From: Tetramitus jugosus
Lineage: Eukaryota > Protista > Heterolobosea
Length of the DNA stretch: 64,000 bases
Reading direction: 5' to 3'
Assembly (NCBI GenBank): GCA_937625935.1
Contig: OW569345.1
Span: 186,001-250,000, forward strand
Positions 21,642-34,100 of this stretch are shown here, in pieces (position 1 is the first letter of the stretch; the number at the start of each line of letters is the position of its first letter). Below the pieces are notes generated by a model. The model searched no databases, had not been told where the DNA came from, and saw nothing but the letters and a program-made list of their open reading frames with translations. The position numbers were made by a program, and so were the translations under genes.

Positions 21642-21961
21642 ATGTCAGATGCCAACACAAAGTATGAAAGAGCAGAAGAGTTCACACTTGCTCTCATCCT
21701 GTAAGTACCGATATGTATTCTCACTGCACTTGATAAACGACAGTGCACATGCTCACATGGTCCATCTATCTCTTTTACAGATTTATTGTAGGATTATTCT
21801 TCGGTCCAGTTCTATTGGTCGTGATTGTTCTGTACAGAAACAACATTGACAAGAATGTGAGACTAGTCTGGTTCCTTAGCATTATTTTTGCCGTTTTATG
21901 GCTCATTACGTACATTATTGCAATTATCAGCATTGTATTCGGTGCTATCTTTGGAAGATAA
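21642..21961 (+). CDS. Small (79 aa) membrane protein of unknown function
   Basis: ATG at 21642; GTAAGT...TTTTACAG intron 21701-21780 gives a 240-nt spliced frame (MSDANTKYERAEEFTLALILFIVGLFFGP...GAIFGR) with two long hydrophobic stretches; AATAAA follows. Confidence 0.75.
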
Positions 21962-21997
21962 ATAAAAGTTTTTCTCTAAATTGAAACAAAAGGTCAT

Positions 21998-22070
21998 CTC
22001 CTCCAGTTGGGCTCGAACCAACGACCTGCAGGTTAACAGCCTGACGCTCTACCAACTGAGCCATGGAGGA
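21998..22070 (-). tRNA. tRNA-Asn (anticodon GTT)
   Basis: Reverse complement TCCTCCA-TG-GCTC AGTTGGTA GAGC-G-TCAGG CTGTTAA CCTGC-AGGTC-GTTGG TTCGAGC CCAAC-TGGAGGA-G; TTTT terminator follows. Confidence 0.95.
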
Positions 22071-22114
22071 TATATTTTCTGTTAACTGATATACCTTTTT
22101 AAAATATTTGTCCG

Positions 22115-22261
22115 CCACTTCCTAAAAAAGAAACAATTGTTCCTTGTTTCAACACCAAGAAATTCTTTAAGATTGGTGACAGCAGCTCCTACAATGCAAC
22201 GGCACACACGATCGCCTTGCTGCAACTCTATAAAGAGGCAGCAATGTTGAATGGAAAAAAA
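22115..22261 (+). mobile_element. Probable degraded 3' remnant of the same retroelement family upstream of tRNA-Asn
   Basis: 22230-22261 ATAAAGAGGCAGCA--ATGTTGAATGG-A7 versus the copy A end ATAAAGTGGCAACACCAGGTTGTATGG-A12 (21 of 27 aligned positions before the tail). Same orientation relative to the tRNA. No TSD; the 5' boundary is a guess. Confidence 0.45.
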
Positions 22262-22347
22262 GCAGGGAATTTTTGGTGGCCGTTTCAGATACATGGGAAG
22301 ATCTGCCGATCCACAAGAAGTCATCTTCATCATCTTCATCAAATAAA

Positions 22348-23088
22348 ATGTTACGAGGTAGAAATTGTGTGATCACTGGAGCATCATCCGGAATGGGTGA
22401 TTGCATAGCGAGAGAACTGAGCAAACTCGGTATTAACTTGGCTGTCTTGGCCAGGAGAGAAGAAAAGTTGAACAAGTTGGCAAACGAGTGTCAACAATCT
22501 GCACCATCAAAAATCAATGTCCATGTGATCCCAACTGATATGTCCGATAAGAAGTCTGTTGACTCTGCGGTTGATCAAATTGCCCGAGTCTTTGATCACC
22601 GTGTTCACTTCTTGATCAACTGTGCTGGTGTGATGGAAAAGAGAGCAGATCGAGTCGACAAGGATGATCCTGATGACTGGGAGAACACTCTGATGGTTAA
22701 CTTGGTGAACACCATGAGAATTACTCAAAAGCTCAGTCCCATGATTCTGGCCAACAAGGATCAAGGCGCCATTGTGAGCATTGGAAGCATCAGTGGCACA
22801 ATGACTGGTTCGGGAATTCCCGCTTACTATGCATCCAAGCACGGTATTCGTGCCTTCTCGCACAACTTGTTTGAAGATATTCGTTCGAATGGAACCAAAG
22901 TTTGTGTCATTGAACCTGGAATGGTCAATACGCCAATGGTATCCGGCAGTGAGCAACTGGATCCAAGCAAGATGATTCAACCAATCGACATTGCAGAGGC
23001 TGTTCTCTATGTGTTGAATTCGAGACCGTCAGTGTGTCCAATTGAAATTGTCTTGAGACCTCAGAAACCTGTGAGAAAAGACTCTTAA
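22348..23088 (+). CDS. Classical short-chain dehydrogenase/reductase
   Basis: TGASSGMG, LARR (NADP-type), INCAG, S...YYASKHG catalytic YxxxK, PGMVNT. Confidence 0.92.
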   Translation: MLRGRNCVITGASSGMGDCIARELSKLGINLAVLARREEKLNKLANECQQSAPSKINVHVIPTDMSDKKSVDSAVDQIARVFDHRVHFLINCAGVMEKRADRVDKDDPDDWENTLMVNLVNTMRITQKLSPMILANKDQGAIVSIGSISGTMTGSGIPAYYASKHGIRAFSHNLFEDIRSNGTKVCVIEPGMVNTPMVSGSEQLDPSKMIQPIDIAEAVLYVLNSRPSVCPIEIVLRPQKPVRKDS

Positions 23089-23619
23089 GAGAGATCTGAT
23101 TACAACCAAAACGTGCAAAACACCAAGAGACAGTTGAATCTGTCCAACTCGTTGACACATTGTGATCAAATCGCAATAATGGCTACAATGAATATTCTTG
23201 CATCACCTCTACACACAAATTAGTGATGATGAATCTTCCGTTGATTCCCGTGTCGTTGCATTTTTTTGTAAACCAGAGATTATCGCGCCCTTTTGCCATT
23301 TTCAAGCAGAGTTACAACGTGTGCGAATTATTTCGCTGGGGAGTGCAAGATCCAACGTTCGAGAGCCCGCCACGCCATGCCACACACCAAAGCTCAAAAG
23401 CAAAAACTGAAAATTCACACCAAACTTCCCCCAAACCAACAACGAACCCACTACCTTCCAACAACAACAAAAACCCATCCCGACTTATTGTTTTCGGAGC
23501 ACTCCAGTCTATTCTGTGTGAGACATCAATAATCAACAACAACCAACAACCAACAACTACAATAACAACAACAGAATAATTATTCTTCTTACAACTTCAA
23601 TCATCACTAAACAACAACA

Positions 23620-25224
23620 ATGAACACATTTGTCGAAAAGATTAGCAAGGACACCCAAAACAAATGGGTCAAAGATATGGCAACCAAGAAGGCCCCTAGC
23701 CAAAAGATTGACATTCCTAGAGGATACGGCAAGGAAGTGATTGAAGAAAGATGGAAGCTCGTGCTCAACAATGAACAATACAAGAATTACATTAAGGAAA
23801 AGAATGGAAATGACAGCAGTTTGTCTCTCTCTGATGTTCAGAGTGCCATGGACCCAAAAGCCATCCTCTTGGACCAAGAAACTCTTGACAATAATGAAAT
23901 TTTCAAGGACAATATTGAAAACTTTGTGGGTACTGTCAAGGTGCCATTGGGTATTGCTGGTCCAGTGAGAATGAACGGTTTGCATGCCAATGGAGACTAT
24001 TACATTCCATTGGCAACAACTGAGGCTGCTCTTGTGGCCAGTATCAGCAGAGGTATCAGTGCCATCAACCAATCTGGTGGATGCACTGCTGCTGTGATCC
24101 TTGAGGGTGTCAACAGAGATCCTACCTTCCAATTCCGAAATTTGATTGAAGTGGGTCAATTTTTGGCATGGTCCGCTGGTCAATTCGCAAACTACAAGGT
24201 GGCTGCTGAGAAGACGACTAGACATGGAAAGTTGTACGACATCAAGTACACTGTCGAAGGAAGAGACGTTCACTTGAAGTGCGTTTACACGAGTGGTGAT
24301 GCATCTGGTCAAAACATTGTGACCATTGCCACTGAAAACATTGTAGAGTACATTATTGAACACTCTCCAGTCAAGCCAATGGCACACTATTTGGAAGGTG
24401 GTATGTCTGGTGACAAGAAGGGAAATCACTCTGTGATGACCCATGTCAGAGGAAAGAAGGTTGTTGCTGAAGTTATCCTGCCAGCACACGTTGTTCAAAC
24501 GACCCTTCACGTCACACCAGATCAAATGATTCAAGCTACAGGTGTTGCTCAAAGAGGTCTCATGATGTCTGGTGCCATTGGTGCCTCATGTCACTTCTCC
24601 AATGCCATTACTGCTATGGCCATTGCACTCGGTCAAGATCCAGCCTGTGCCGCTGAAATGCACGTTGGTCTTGCTCGTTGTGAATTGACACCGGAAGGTG
24701 ATGTCTACCTCAGTGTTACTCTGCCAAACATTCTTGTCGGTACTGTCGGTGGTGGAACAAAGTTGCCAAGTCAAAAGGCTTGCTTGGAATTGATGGGTCT
24801 CGCTGGTGCTGACAAGGCCAATGCATTGGCTGAAGTTTTTGGTGCTGTTTTGATTGCCGGTGAAATTTCACTTGGATCTGCTGTTGTTTCTGGTGACTTT
24901 GCCAAGGCACACAAGATTTTGGCCAGAGACACCTCTGATCCAATTGATTTGTCTGTTGACTCTATTGGTGAAGCTTTCCAAAAGGCTCAATCCCATTTGG
25001 TCAAGATGTCTACTCTGCCATCCAAGGACGACATTATGAAGATTTATGGCTTGTACAAGCAATCCACTGTTGGTGACATCAATGTTGACAGACCAAGTCT
25101 CTTCTCCTTTGATTTGAAGGCAAAGGCCAAGTACGATGCCTGGGCAGTGCAAAAGGGAAAGACCAAGGAACAAGCAATGAGAGATTACGTGCAAGTTGTG
25201 TTGGATTTGCTTGTGACCAAGTAA
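23620..25224 (+). CDS. HMGR: Class I HMG-CoA reductase, soluble, fused to a C-terminal acyl-CoA-binding (ACBP) domain
   Basis: ENFVG, PLATTEAALVAS, GDASGQN, GDKK, GQDPA, GTVGGGT and the C-terminal His; then an ACBP motif IYGLYKQSTVGD...P...DLKAKAKYDAW...G.TKEQAM..YV at about 24970-25221. No N-terminal TM domain. Confidence 0.93.
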   Translation: MNTFVEKISKDTQNKWVKDMATKKAPSQKIDIPRGYGKEVIEERWKLVLNNEQYKNYIKEKNGNDSSLSLSDVQSAMDPKAILLDQETLDNNEIFKDNIENFVGTVKVPLGIAGPVRMNGLHANGDYYIPLATTEAALVASISRGISAINQSGGCTAAVILEGVNRDPTFQFRNLIEVGQFLAWSAGQFANYKVAAEKTTRHGKLYDIKYTVEGRDVHLKCVYTSGDASGQNIVTIATENIVEYIIEHSPVKPMAHYLEGGMSGDKKGNHSVMTHVRGKKVVAEVILPAHVVQTTLHVTPDQMIQATGVAQRGLMMSGAIGASCHFSNAITAMAIALGQDPACAAEMHVGLARCELTPEGDVYLSVTLPNILVGTVGGGTKLPSQKACLELMGLAGADKANALAEVFGAVLIAGEISLGSAVVSGDFAKAHKILARDTSDPIDLSVDSIGEAFQKAQSHLVKMSTLPSKDDIMKIYGLYKQSTVGDINVDRPSLFSFDLKAKAKYDAWAVQKGKTKEQAMRDYVQVVLDLLVTK

Positions 25225-25467
25225 ATCATCTCTCGATACAATTCATAGGCGGTGAAGGGATTTTGCTGTTTGCTGCCATGTGCAGCGAACCATCATCACA
25301 GTTGCTCATATTTAATAGTTTTGATCAAGCGATCAGACCCGGACGATAGGCACTTGTACTTTATAAACAGTATCAAATTTTTTGAATTGGTGTTCAGTTA
25401 TCAGATTTATTGTTCTTGACTTTTATGTGATGCACTAAGTTCAAGATTAAGCTCAGCACACAGTCGT

Positions 25468-27237
25468 TTATTGCTGACGAGAGTAGGTTGAAGGCGTGCT
25501 TGGAGTCAATATGTTTGCTAGACGTATCTTCTTTTCATACTTTTCTCGCAGTTTGGCATACACAAACTCGACCACTAACAGTACTTGTGCCAATTGGAAC
25601 AAGAGGGTGACAAAGTAGAAAAAGTTGGCATTACCTGTGCCTTTAAATATCCATGTCCTGAAGCAAGCTGGCCCGATAATCACTCCATAAGTCATCAGAA
25701 CAGAAATAAAGAATCCATATCTCATGTCTAAAAGTTTGAGTCAATATCAATTGACATTACACACAGAGATAAGCAAATATGTACATACACTTGGTCAAGT
25801 AGGAGTACATCATCAACAAAGTGACATAGAAGAAGGAGTCCGCAAATGTGGCATATGCCTTAAACACTGACAAAGTGCCAATCATTAGTAAACAGAGGAA
25901 AGTAGGATCATCCCTATACAATACAACAAGAGCAAATACAATGAAAAATAAATGGTAAACAACAGACATATTTCACAAGCAACAAAAAGCAATGATTGAG
26001 TGTGCACATACTTCAAACGAACAGTCAATGGCAAAATATAGGCAAATTGATGAACGTGGAATATCAGTAAGAAGAATCTTCTAAAGTGATCAAACACCTC
26101 CGTGAACATGTACCAGAAGTTGGACCAATTGGGAGTCAAGTCCTGAACACTCATTGGATACACGTACGCATTCTCAATAAACTGCCAGGAATGACCAGTC
26201 ATCACATATGACAGGTACATCCACAGAGCAAACCAAAATGAAAACAATAGAACTACTTTGATACCGACAACAACCACGTGATTGCTGCTCGAATATAACA
26301 AGCTATGATTCTTCTTCACCTTGAGATCACTGCTGGAACGACGCTTAAGATAATACTCATAAGCATACGCACGCTGTATCATCAGAGTGATGGGAACAAT
26401 CAAAACAAGTGGAAACAAGTTTTGATACGACGCAAGTGAAACACTCATCGTACACCAAACGACATTGCCCTTGAGCGCGAAATAAACTGTTGCCGCCAGC
26501 GCCAAATTATTAAAAATGACAGTGGACATGCTCACGCAGCTACAAATCATGATTGGATTAAACAAGTAGAGCGCAGCAATAATATGGGGCAAATTGGAGT
26601 GAAATCCATGGAGAGAGGACGATGATTGCAACAGTGCTTCATTCGAATCAAACGAGTGTGCCAAGTCCACATTGGTTCGATGAATCTTTGCAATCTGGAA
26701 CAACAATACCGTAATCAAGACATCCATCCCAATAAACAAACATCGACAAAACCAGTCATACTGAGAAACTCGGTCAATCTCACGACTACTCTCACTCCAT
26801 TGATAAAATGACAGAAAAGGCAAGAGGATCAACGGCGGTTGAAGAAACATTGTGCTATTGTAGGGTGATTGATTGAGTTGGGTAACGAGATGCAATCCCT
26901 CTGTGACTCTTCGAAAACTCGTGGTCGGCGTAGAGAACTCCACTTGTTTCTGCAGAGTGAGATCGAATCGAGCTTGGAAGAGTAAAATTCGGAGAATGAT
27001 ACCTATGGAGATCCAAATGATCCATTTGATGGATAGGATGGAGTCATTGTTGTGTTTGAATGATGGCAATGATGTTGATGTGAGTGGTGATAATGATGTT
27101 TTGGTAGTGGTGGTGGTGGTATGAGGATGGAGAGAAGAGTCATTGTTGTTGTTGGTGGTGGCGGTGGTGGTGTTCGTGTTCGTGTTCAATGATAACACTT
27201 TTTTGGGTTCTTCACCTAGCTTTCTCCTTCGTATCAT
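25468..27237 (-). CDS. PIGU: GPI transamidase subunit PIG-U/Gab1
   Basis: VEFSTPTTSF.R..EG, LYLFNP, DLTPN...FWYMFTEVFDHFR.FF, GTGNANFFY; introns at 25914-26011 and 25728-25788. Confidence 0.92.
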
Positions 27238-27518
27238 GATGTTTGTTTGTTGTGTGATCAATGTCGCTTGTGTTTTTGCTTTTTTCTGCGCCAAGCAAAC
27301 TCTTATTTTTAGTCCTTCACCACCCAGAAAACAATTGAGGAGTGTAACTTGGTTGTATTTGACAGTGCCTGATAAAATTCTTCAGTGCGTGTCCTTGAAG
27401 GATCACATTGATTCAACTTTTCAGTTTGTAAAGAGTTCCTACTGCAAAAATAGAACCAGATCGTCTGCAAATACATGAACAGAGACTTGGATTTCACACC
27501 GACAAAGATCAACAAACG

Positions 27519-27740
27519 ATGGCAGAAAAAGACCCAAGAACACTCCTTACAGGAGATGCAAAGGAAGCCCAACTCGAGATCACAGGCTTAGAGTACGGAA
27601 ACCTAAATCTGTTCAGTGACCAGGACTTGAAAGAATTAGGTGACAAACAAAAGAATGAAGATACTTTTGAAGGAGATCAACGAGATCCCAGAGAAAGAAA
27701 GCTCACAGAGTACCTTCAGTACGACCCTAGTCCCTCTTAA
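27519..27740 (+). CDS. Possible small acidic protein (73 aa)
   Basis: ATG-initiated, protein-like composition, fills the gap between PIG-U and GAS8; no homology recognised. Confidence 0.35.
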   Translation: MAEKDPRTLLTGDAKEAQLEITGLEYGNLNLFSDQDLKELGDKQKNEDTFEGDQRDPRERKLTEYLQYDPSPS

Positions 27741-27809
27741 TTCTTATCGAGTTCAGAATGGTGTTATTAAAATGATTTCCAATATTCAATCCACAGTGAT
27801 AATATGGTT

Positions 27810-29213
27810 TTATACAAGACCAGCAGGAGCTGTTGTTGCTTGCGTGGTTAATATTCTCATCGACAATTCCTCAGTTGGAATACCATACTGTTGCATCTTG
27901 TCCACCACGACATGCAAGAGATCATTGTGCATCTTTTTCACCTTCTCTGTTTCGAACTTTAGATCTCGAATTTGTTTGTTCTTCTCTTCGATGATATCTT
28001 CCATTTGTCCAGTTACATTTTCTATTGATTGTTCGTCAATGTTAGTCACCTTGATTACTTCCCGAAGTTGAGCATCTCTCTTCTCAACTTGTTCCTGCAA
28101 TGCCATTATCTTCGTCTCTAACAATTGATTCTTAAACATGGCCTTTTGTTGAACTTCATGTATTGTTTTCTCGAACTTTTGATACAATTCATCTCTTTCC
28201 TTTTGAACTTGCCTGAAACTTTGTTCTAGGATCTCATGCTCCCATTTCAGATTCTTTAATTGATCCTCTGTGACTATCATCCGACTCTTCGCATTTTTCA
28301 GTGAAACCTTATCCTTTTCATAGTTCGCAAGTTCCACTCTCATATGATCAATTTCGCTAAGTGCCTTGACCAATGGCTCAGTCAATTTATTATTATCGGC
28401 CATAATCTCAAACATTAGTTTTTCGTTGCTAGCTTCATTCTTTTTCATTGTTGCAACTTCGTCCTTCAAATTCTTAATTAACACTAGATTGTTCGTCGTT
28501 ATTCCATTGTAATAGTTCTTCATCTGTTCAAATGCCTGTTTATGCTTTTCCATAAGATTTTGAATTTGAAAGTTCTTTTCTTCTTCAATCTCCATGGATT
28601 CTTTTCTCCCCCGTGATTCTAGGTTCTCTCGCAATTTTGTCATCTTATCTTGATATTTCAATTGGGTTTCTTTCAATTGTCTCTCAAAATCCTCTCTCAT
28701 CTTTGTCATGTTCTTGTCTTGTTGATTCTTCAGTGATTTTATGTATTCTTCATGACCTAATTCTTTCGACTTCATCTGATGCTTTAACGATCTTTTATCT
28801 TCTTTAAATTGAGCAATCTTCTGTCGAAACTCATCAGATTGCATCTTTAATGCATTCTCACTCTCAATTTTTAATCGGTCAATCGATACTTTGTGCTCGT
28901 ATAGCAAATGCCTCACTTTTTGTTTGTAAACCTTGAGTTCAACTTGATGTTGCTCCTCCATTTCTTCCATTTCTCTGTCTTTGTTTCTCAATTCGGCTCT
29001 ACAGTTCTCCAATTCTCTTCTTGTTATGTCCCAGAAGGAGTTAATGCGGTCTCTCTCCAGTTGAAAGTAGTTTCGAATCGACTTTTCCTCTTTCAGTTGA
29101 TCTTGAAGCTCATCAATCGATGGTTGGAGATGAGCAGCATTGGATGACGACATCGGTCGGGCACTGTTTGCCGTGCCAGATGCGGTCAAGGAATTGTTTG
29201 ATCTGGAAGCCAT
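27810..29213 (-). CDS. GAS8: Dynein regulatory complex subunit 4 (GAS8/trypanin)
   Basis: RNYFQLERDRINSFWDIT, HQVELKVYKQKVRHLLYEH, H..AF..MKNYYN.IT.NNL.LI..LK, C-terminal TAPAGLV. Confidence 0.95.
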   Translation of the reverse strand: MASRSNNSLTASGTANSARPMSSSNAAHLQPSIDELQDQLKEEKSIRNYFQLERDRINSFWDITRRELENCRAELRNKDREMEEMEEQHQVELKVYKQKVRHLLYEHKVSIDRLKIESENALKMQSDEFRQKIAQFKEDKRSLKHQMKSKELGHEEYIKSLKNQQDKNMTKMREDFERQLKETQLKYQDKMTKLRENLESRGRKESMEIEEEKNFQIQNLMEKHKQAFEQMKNYYNGITTNNLVLIKNLKDEVATMKKNEASNEKLMFEIMADNNKLTEPLVKALSEIDHMRVELANYEKDKVSLKNAKSRMIVTEDQLKNLKWEHEILEQSFRQVQKERDELYQKFEKTIHEVQQKAMFKNQLLETKIMALQEQVEKRDAQLREVIKVTNIDEQSIENVTGQMEDIIEEKNKQIRDLKFETEKVKKMHNDLLHVVVDKMQQYGIPTEELSMRILTTQATTAPAGLV

Positions 29214-29519
29214 TAATGAAGTGAAAAGCTGTCGACAAGAAGTTCGATGTTATTGTACACGCCGATTAAATTCTTTCAATCTAGCCGCCAGAAAAAACAC
29301 AACTGTTCCATTGCCCGTAAACCGATAACTCACTGTCGGATGTTTGTGTCGCGACAAGAATGGCGGGATCTGGTTTTCACTGAAGCAAAAAGTTGAATGT
29401 TCAACCTTGTTCTTGAATGTGTGAGAAAAGAAAACCAAAAACTTCACATCGGAGCATTTAGGTTTCGGCACAAAGACACAACAAACAACAACCAACAACA
29501 AACAGACACTACATTTCCA

Positions 29520-31154
29520 ATGGGTCAAAACAAGAGACAATCCAAACGTCTAACACTACGTACACAACACAAAATCGCAAAGAAAGTGAAGGAACACCAC
29601 AAGAAGCTCAAAAAAGCCGCCAAAAAAACCAACCACAAGAGAAGTAAGTTTTACTTGAACCCCACCCTATTTTCTCCGCGGCAGCCATGAGCGCCAAAAT
29701 TTTTTTACACGACCAGTAGCTAACACCCAAAATCATCATTATCACCACTGTCAGAGCTAAAGAAGGACCCAGGTATTCCAAATCTATGGCCATTCAAAAA
29801 GCAATTGTTGGAAAAGATTGAACAGAGAAGAGAAGAAGAAAAGGAGGAAGCTGCTCAGAGTAAGATCAATAAGGCACTCCGCAGAGAGCTCGCACAACAA
29901 GAACAAGCTCAAGCTTCTGACATGGCACGTCTTCAGTATGAGGCCACAAGAAGACAATCAGAGTTTTCTGCCAAGGAGGACCTCATGAAGCAACAACAAG
30001 AAGAAGACGGTGTCAGAACACTCCACGAACAATCACTCAGTAACTCGAGCAGAAGAGCTTACTACAAGGAGTTCAAGAAGGTGACTGAACAGAGTGATGT
30101 CATTCTTGAGGTGCTCGATGCCAGAGATCCAATTGGATGTCGTTGCCCAGACATTGAAAGAACGATACTCTCTCAGAATCCTGACAAGAAGATTATTTTG
30201 TTGTTGAATAAGATTGATTTGGTGCCTCGTGAAGTGGTTCAAAAGTGGGTCACCTATCTGAGACACGAATTCCCAACTGTTGCCTTCAAGAGTAGCACAC
30301 AAAATCAGAAGCAACACATTTCTAATGATATGAGCAATGCAAACTCTAGTGGACAGAGTGGTTGTTTGGGAGCAGACACACTGGTTCAATTGCTAAAGAA
30401 TTATGCGAGAAGTGAGGACATTAAGAAGACGATTACTGTTGGTATCATTGGTTATCCAAACGTTGGTAAGAGCTCAATGATTAACTCACTCAAGAGAACA
30501 AAGGTTGTGACTACGGGATCGAAGCCAGGTGTTACAAAATCAGCTCAAGAAATTCACTTGGACAAGAATATTAAGCTTTTGGACTCTCCTGGTATCATTT
30601 TCTCCAGTGGTCAATTGGACGCTGACATTATTTTGAGAAATGCAGTGCGTATCGAACAATTGGAAGATACTGTTGAGCCAGTGTCTGCCATTTTAAATCG
30701 TTGTAAGAAGGAGAGATTGATGGAAAAGTACAATGTTCCTCCATTTGAGACGGCCGAACAATTTTTGACACACATTGCAAAGGCAAGAGGCAAGATGAAG
30801 AAGGGTGGTCAACCAAACCTTCAAGCAGCTGGTCAAATCATTCTACAAGACTGGAACTCTGGTAAGATTCCATTCTACACACTGCCTCCAAAGAGAGAAG
30901 ACTCTGTTGTTGCACAATTCAATCAACAAAACGCTATGGATGTGGACAATAGCTCTACTCTTGAGAATATTCCATCTCTGCGCGACAGGGCTGCAAGCAG
31001 CTTCATTCCTATGGTTGCCTCCGAGGCACCAAAGATTGTTGTTGCCGAGTCTGATGATGAAGACGAGGAAGATGACTATGACTATGAGAAGGATTTGATG
31101 TCTGACAGCGATGTCGAAGTGGATGATGATTCCGATGATGACGACATGGAATAA
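29520..31154 (+). CDS. GNL3: Nucleolar circularly permuted GTPase GNL3/Nug1/nucleostemin-like
   Basis: SKR......KI.KKV.EH, KDPGIPNLWPFK after intron 29644-29754, EVLDARDP, NKIDL, GYPNVGKSS, LLDSPG. Confidence 0.93.
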
Positions 31155-31191
31155 ATCATAATTTCCTGTTCACTTAATTTATTTTACTATT

Positions 31192-34100
31192 TTATATGTT
31201 TTTCGGTAGTTCTACATCAGTGCTTCCCTCCTTTGGTTCTGCTGTCGTTGATTCGGCAGTGCCTGCAGAAGTGACATCATTGCTTTCTTCAGCTGCTCTG
31301 TTGGCACTCTCTAGATAAGCATGGAATGAGGTATCTTGCTCGAATGGTCTTTCACCAAGCATTTCGACCATATCACCAGCGTCAATCTTCTCCTTCTCCA
31401 ACAACAAGTGAGCAATCTTGATTAGGCCTTCCTTGTGAGTCGTCAAGAGTTGTTCTGTTCGTTCGTAGGCATCAGACACCATCTTTCTCACACGTTCATC
31501 AATCAAACGTGCAGTTCGCTCACTGAATGGTTTTTCAACATTAAGGACATTGTCATCCTTAGGGAAAGACACGTGACCGAGTTCAGCGTCCATGCCATAG
31601 TCAGTAATGATGGAATATGCCATCTGTGTCACCTTTTTCAAATCATCCTGAGCTCCGGTGGACAAATGACCAAACATGATTTTTTCAGCAGCTCTACCAC
31701 CGAGAGCCAAGCACATGCGATCCATAATCTGATCCTGTGTAGTAATATATCTCTCCTTTGGCAAGTATTGAGCATAGCCTAAGGCTCCTGATCCACGAGG
31801 AACAATAGATACCTTGAGAAGTGGTTCTGAGTGCTCCAGGAACCAACCAGCAACAGCATGACCAGCCTCATGATGAGCCACAATGTTTCTTTCCTTCTTT
31901 GACAGAATCTTGTTCTTCTTTTCGAGACCTCCAATCACCTTATCGATCGCAGCTTCAAAATGCTTGAGTGAAATCGTCTCTGCCTTGTCACGGGATGCAA
32001 TCAAGGCAGCTTCATTACAAATATTGGCAATATCGGCACCAGAGAAACCAGGTGTCAGGGCAGCCAATCTAGGCGCATACTCATCGATAGGTCTCTCCAA
32101 CGTAATCTTCTTTGCGTGAACTCTAAAGATTTGCTCTCTGCCATCGATTGTCGGTAGCTGAATGTCCACTTGTCTGTCAAATCTTCCAGGTCTCAGCAAG
32201 GCCTTGTCCAGCACCTCTGGTCTATTCGTCGCAGCGAGGACAACAACTCCGGACGAAGGAACAAAACCGTCCATTTCAACAAGCAGTTGATTCAACGTGT
32301 TCTCTCTTTCGTCATTTCTACCCAAAAACTTTCCTGTGCCTCTCTGTCTACCAACAGCATCAATTTCATCGATAAAGATGATGGATGGTGCACTTTCTCT
32401 GGCCTCCTTGAACAGACTTCTGACACGAGCTGGACCCACACCGACAACCATCTCCACAAACTCTGAACCAGATAGAGTGAAGAAGGGCACTCCGGCTTCA
32501 CCTGCCACAGCCTTTGCCAAAAGAGTCTTTTGTATCATTCATTGTGTGAGAGTTAGTATCCTGTGAATGTGAATGGAGACGAAAGTACAAAAAACAAAGT
32601 TGCTACAAACCTTTCCGGTACCTGGTGGACCGACGAGCAGTGCTCCCTTTGGAATTCTAGCTCCAATCTTGTCAAACTTTTTTGGATGCTTCAAAAAGTC
32701 AACAAATTCCGTAATTTCCAACTTTGCTTCGTCCAAACCGGCCACATCGGCAAACTTGACCTTGGATGCCGTGTTGGACAACTTGCTCTTGGATGTGAAC
32801 ATGTTGGCAGCAGCTCCACCAATGGAACTAAATGCCCTTGTAATGACAATGAACAGAACAATGTATGATCCGATACGCACTGCAGTCTTGAGCACAGTAT
32901 CACTGTTGAGAACAGTTTCAGGCGAGTAGAAGAGAGGTGATTGATGATCGGCACTGTCATCAGACACGCCCAACTCATCCCTCAAATCGGCATACTTTTG
33001 TTCAAACAACTCACCAGAAATGTGCATACGGTATCTCTGAATACCGCCTGATGGTGTCTTGAGATGAACCAGAACATCACCCTTGGTAACCAGGATTTTG
33101 GCAACCTACGTTCATATGAAAACAAAAGATGTTGCGAGTGAGTCAATCTGCACCCACACTACACACCACAAAATGCACTTTAAAAAACAACGTAAAACAC
33201 TACTACTTACATTGTTTGATCGAACATCAGAAACGAATCGATCCCAATCTTCAATACGATCGTTCATAATGGACAACCCAACGGCAACAGCACCAAACAA
33301 CACCACAGAGAACAAAAAGATGTTCATAGGATTGATTTTGATGATCACTGGCTTTGGTGGAATGCCCTTGTTCTTCTTTGATGATTTGCCTTCTTCTTCT
33401 TCTTCTTCTTTTTTGTCTTCTTCCTTCTTCTCACCTTCTTCGTGCGCCGATGATGTTTTTTCTGCTGATTCTTGTTCTGCTTGTTCTGCAGGCTTTTCTT
33501 CTCCGTTTGCGACTGCAGATGCTTTGTCTTCTTGTTGTTGTTGTTTTTCACTGTCGGATGCTCCTTTCTCTTCACTGGTGGTTGACGATGCAGATGTCGA
33601 TGTAGAAGTCTTGGTCGATTTGTTCAAGTATTGTGAAAATGAGGCGAATCCAGTGGCTGATGTTGATGTCGGTTGTTTTTCATTGTCTTCATTGGATGGA
33701 GACTTTGGGCTCTTCTTTTGTTTTGTACTCTTGTTGGCAACCACTTTTTCATCCTTGTTACTGTTAACATCCTGTCTGCCATTTTCTTCCTCTTGTTTTT
33801 TTGCGTCATCATCATCCTTATCATCATCCTGTTGCTGCTGCTTCTTCTTTTGAGATGACAATGATTTTTTGTCAAACAGTTCAAATCCCTTTGGTGATGA
33901 TGATTGTTGATCCAACAATTGATTACACATGGTATGGAACTCTCTCTTTGCAACAACGACACACTTATAATTATTGAACAATTTTCGTTCATTGCTCCTC
34001 GAATACAGGAAACCATTGGAATCACTGTGGCAATTGACAGTAGAAAAAAAAGAGGAACCATGAAGAGTTTGCAGCACATTATTATTGCTATTATTATTAT

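Noticed and set aside
23557-24552. 331-aa - strand ORF opposite HMGR
   Set aside because: Same antisense-shadow effect.
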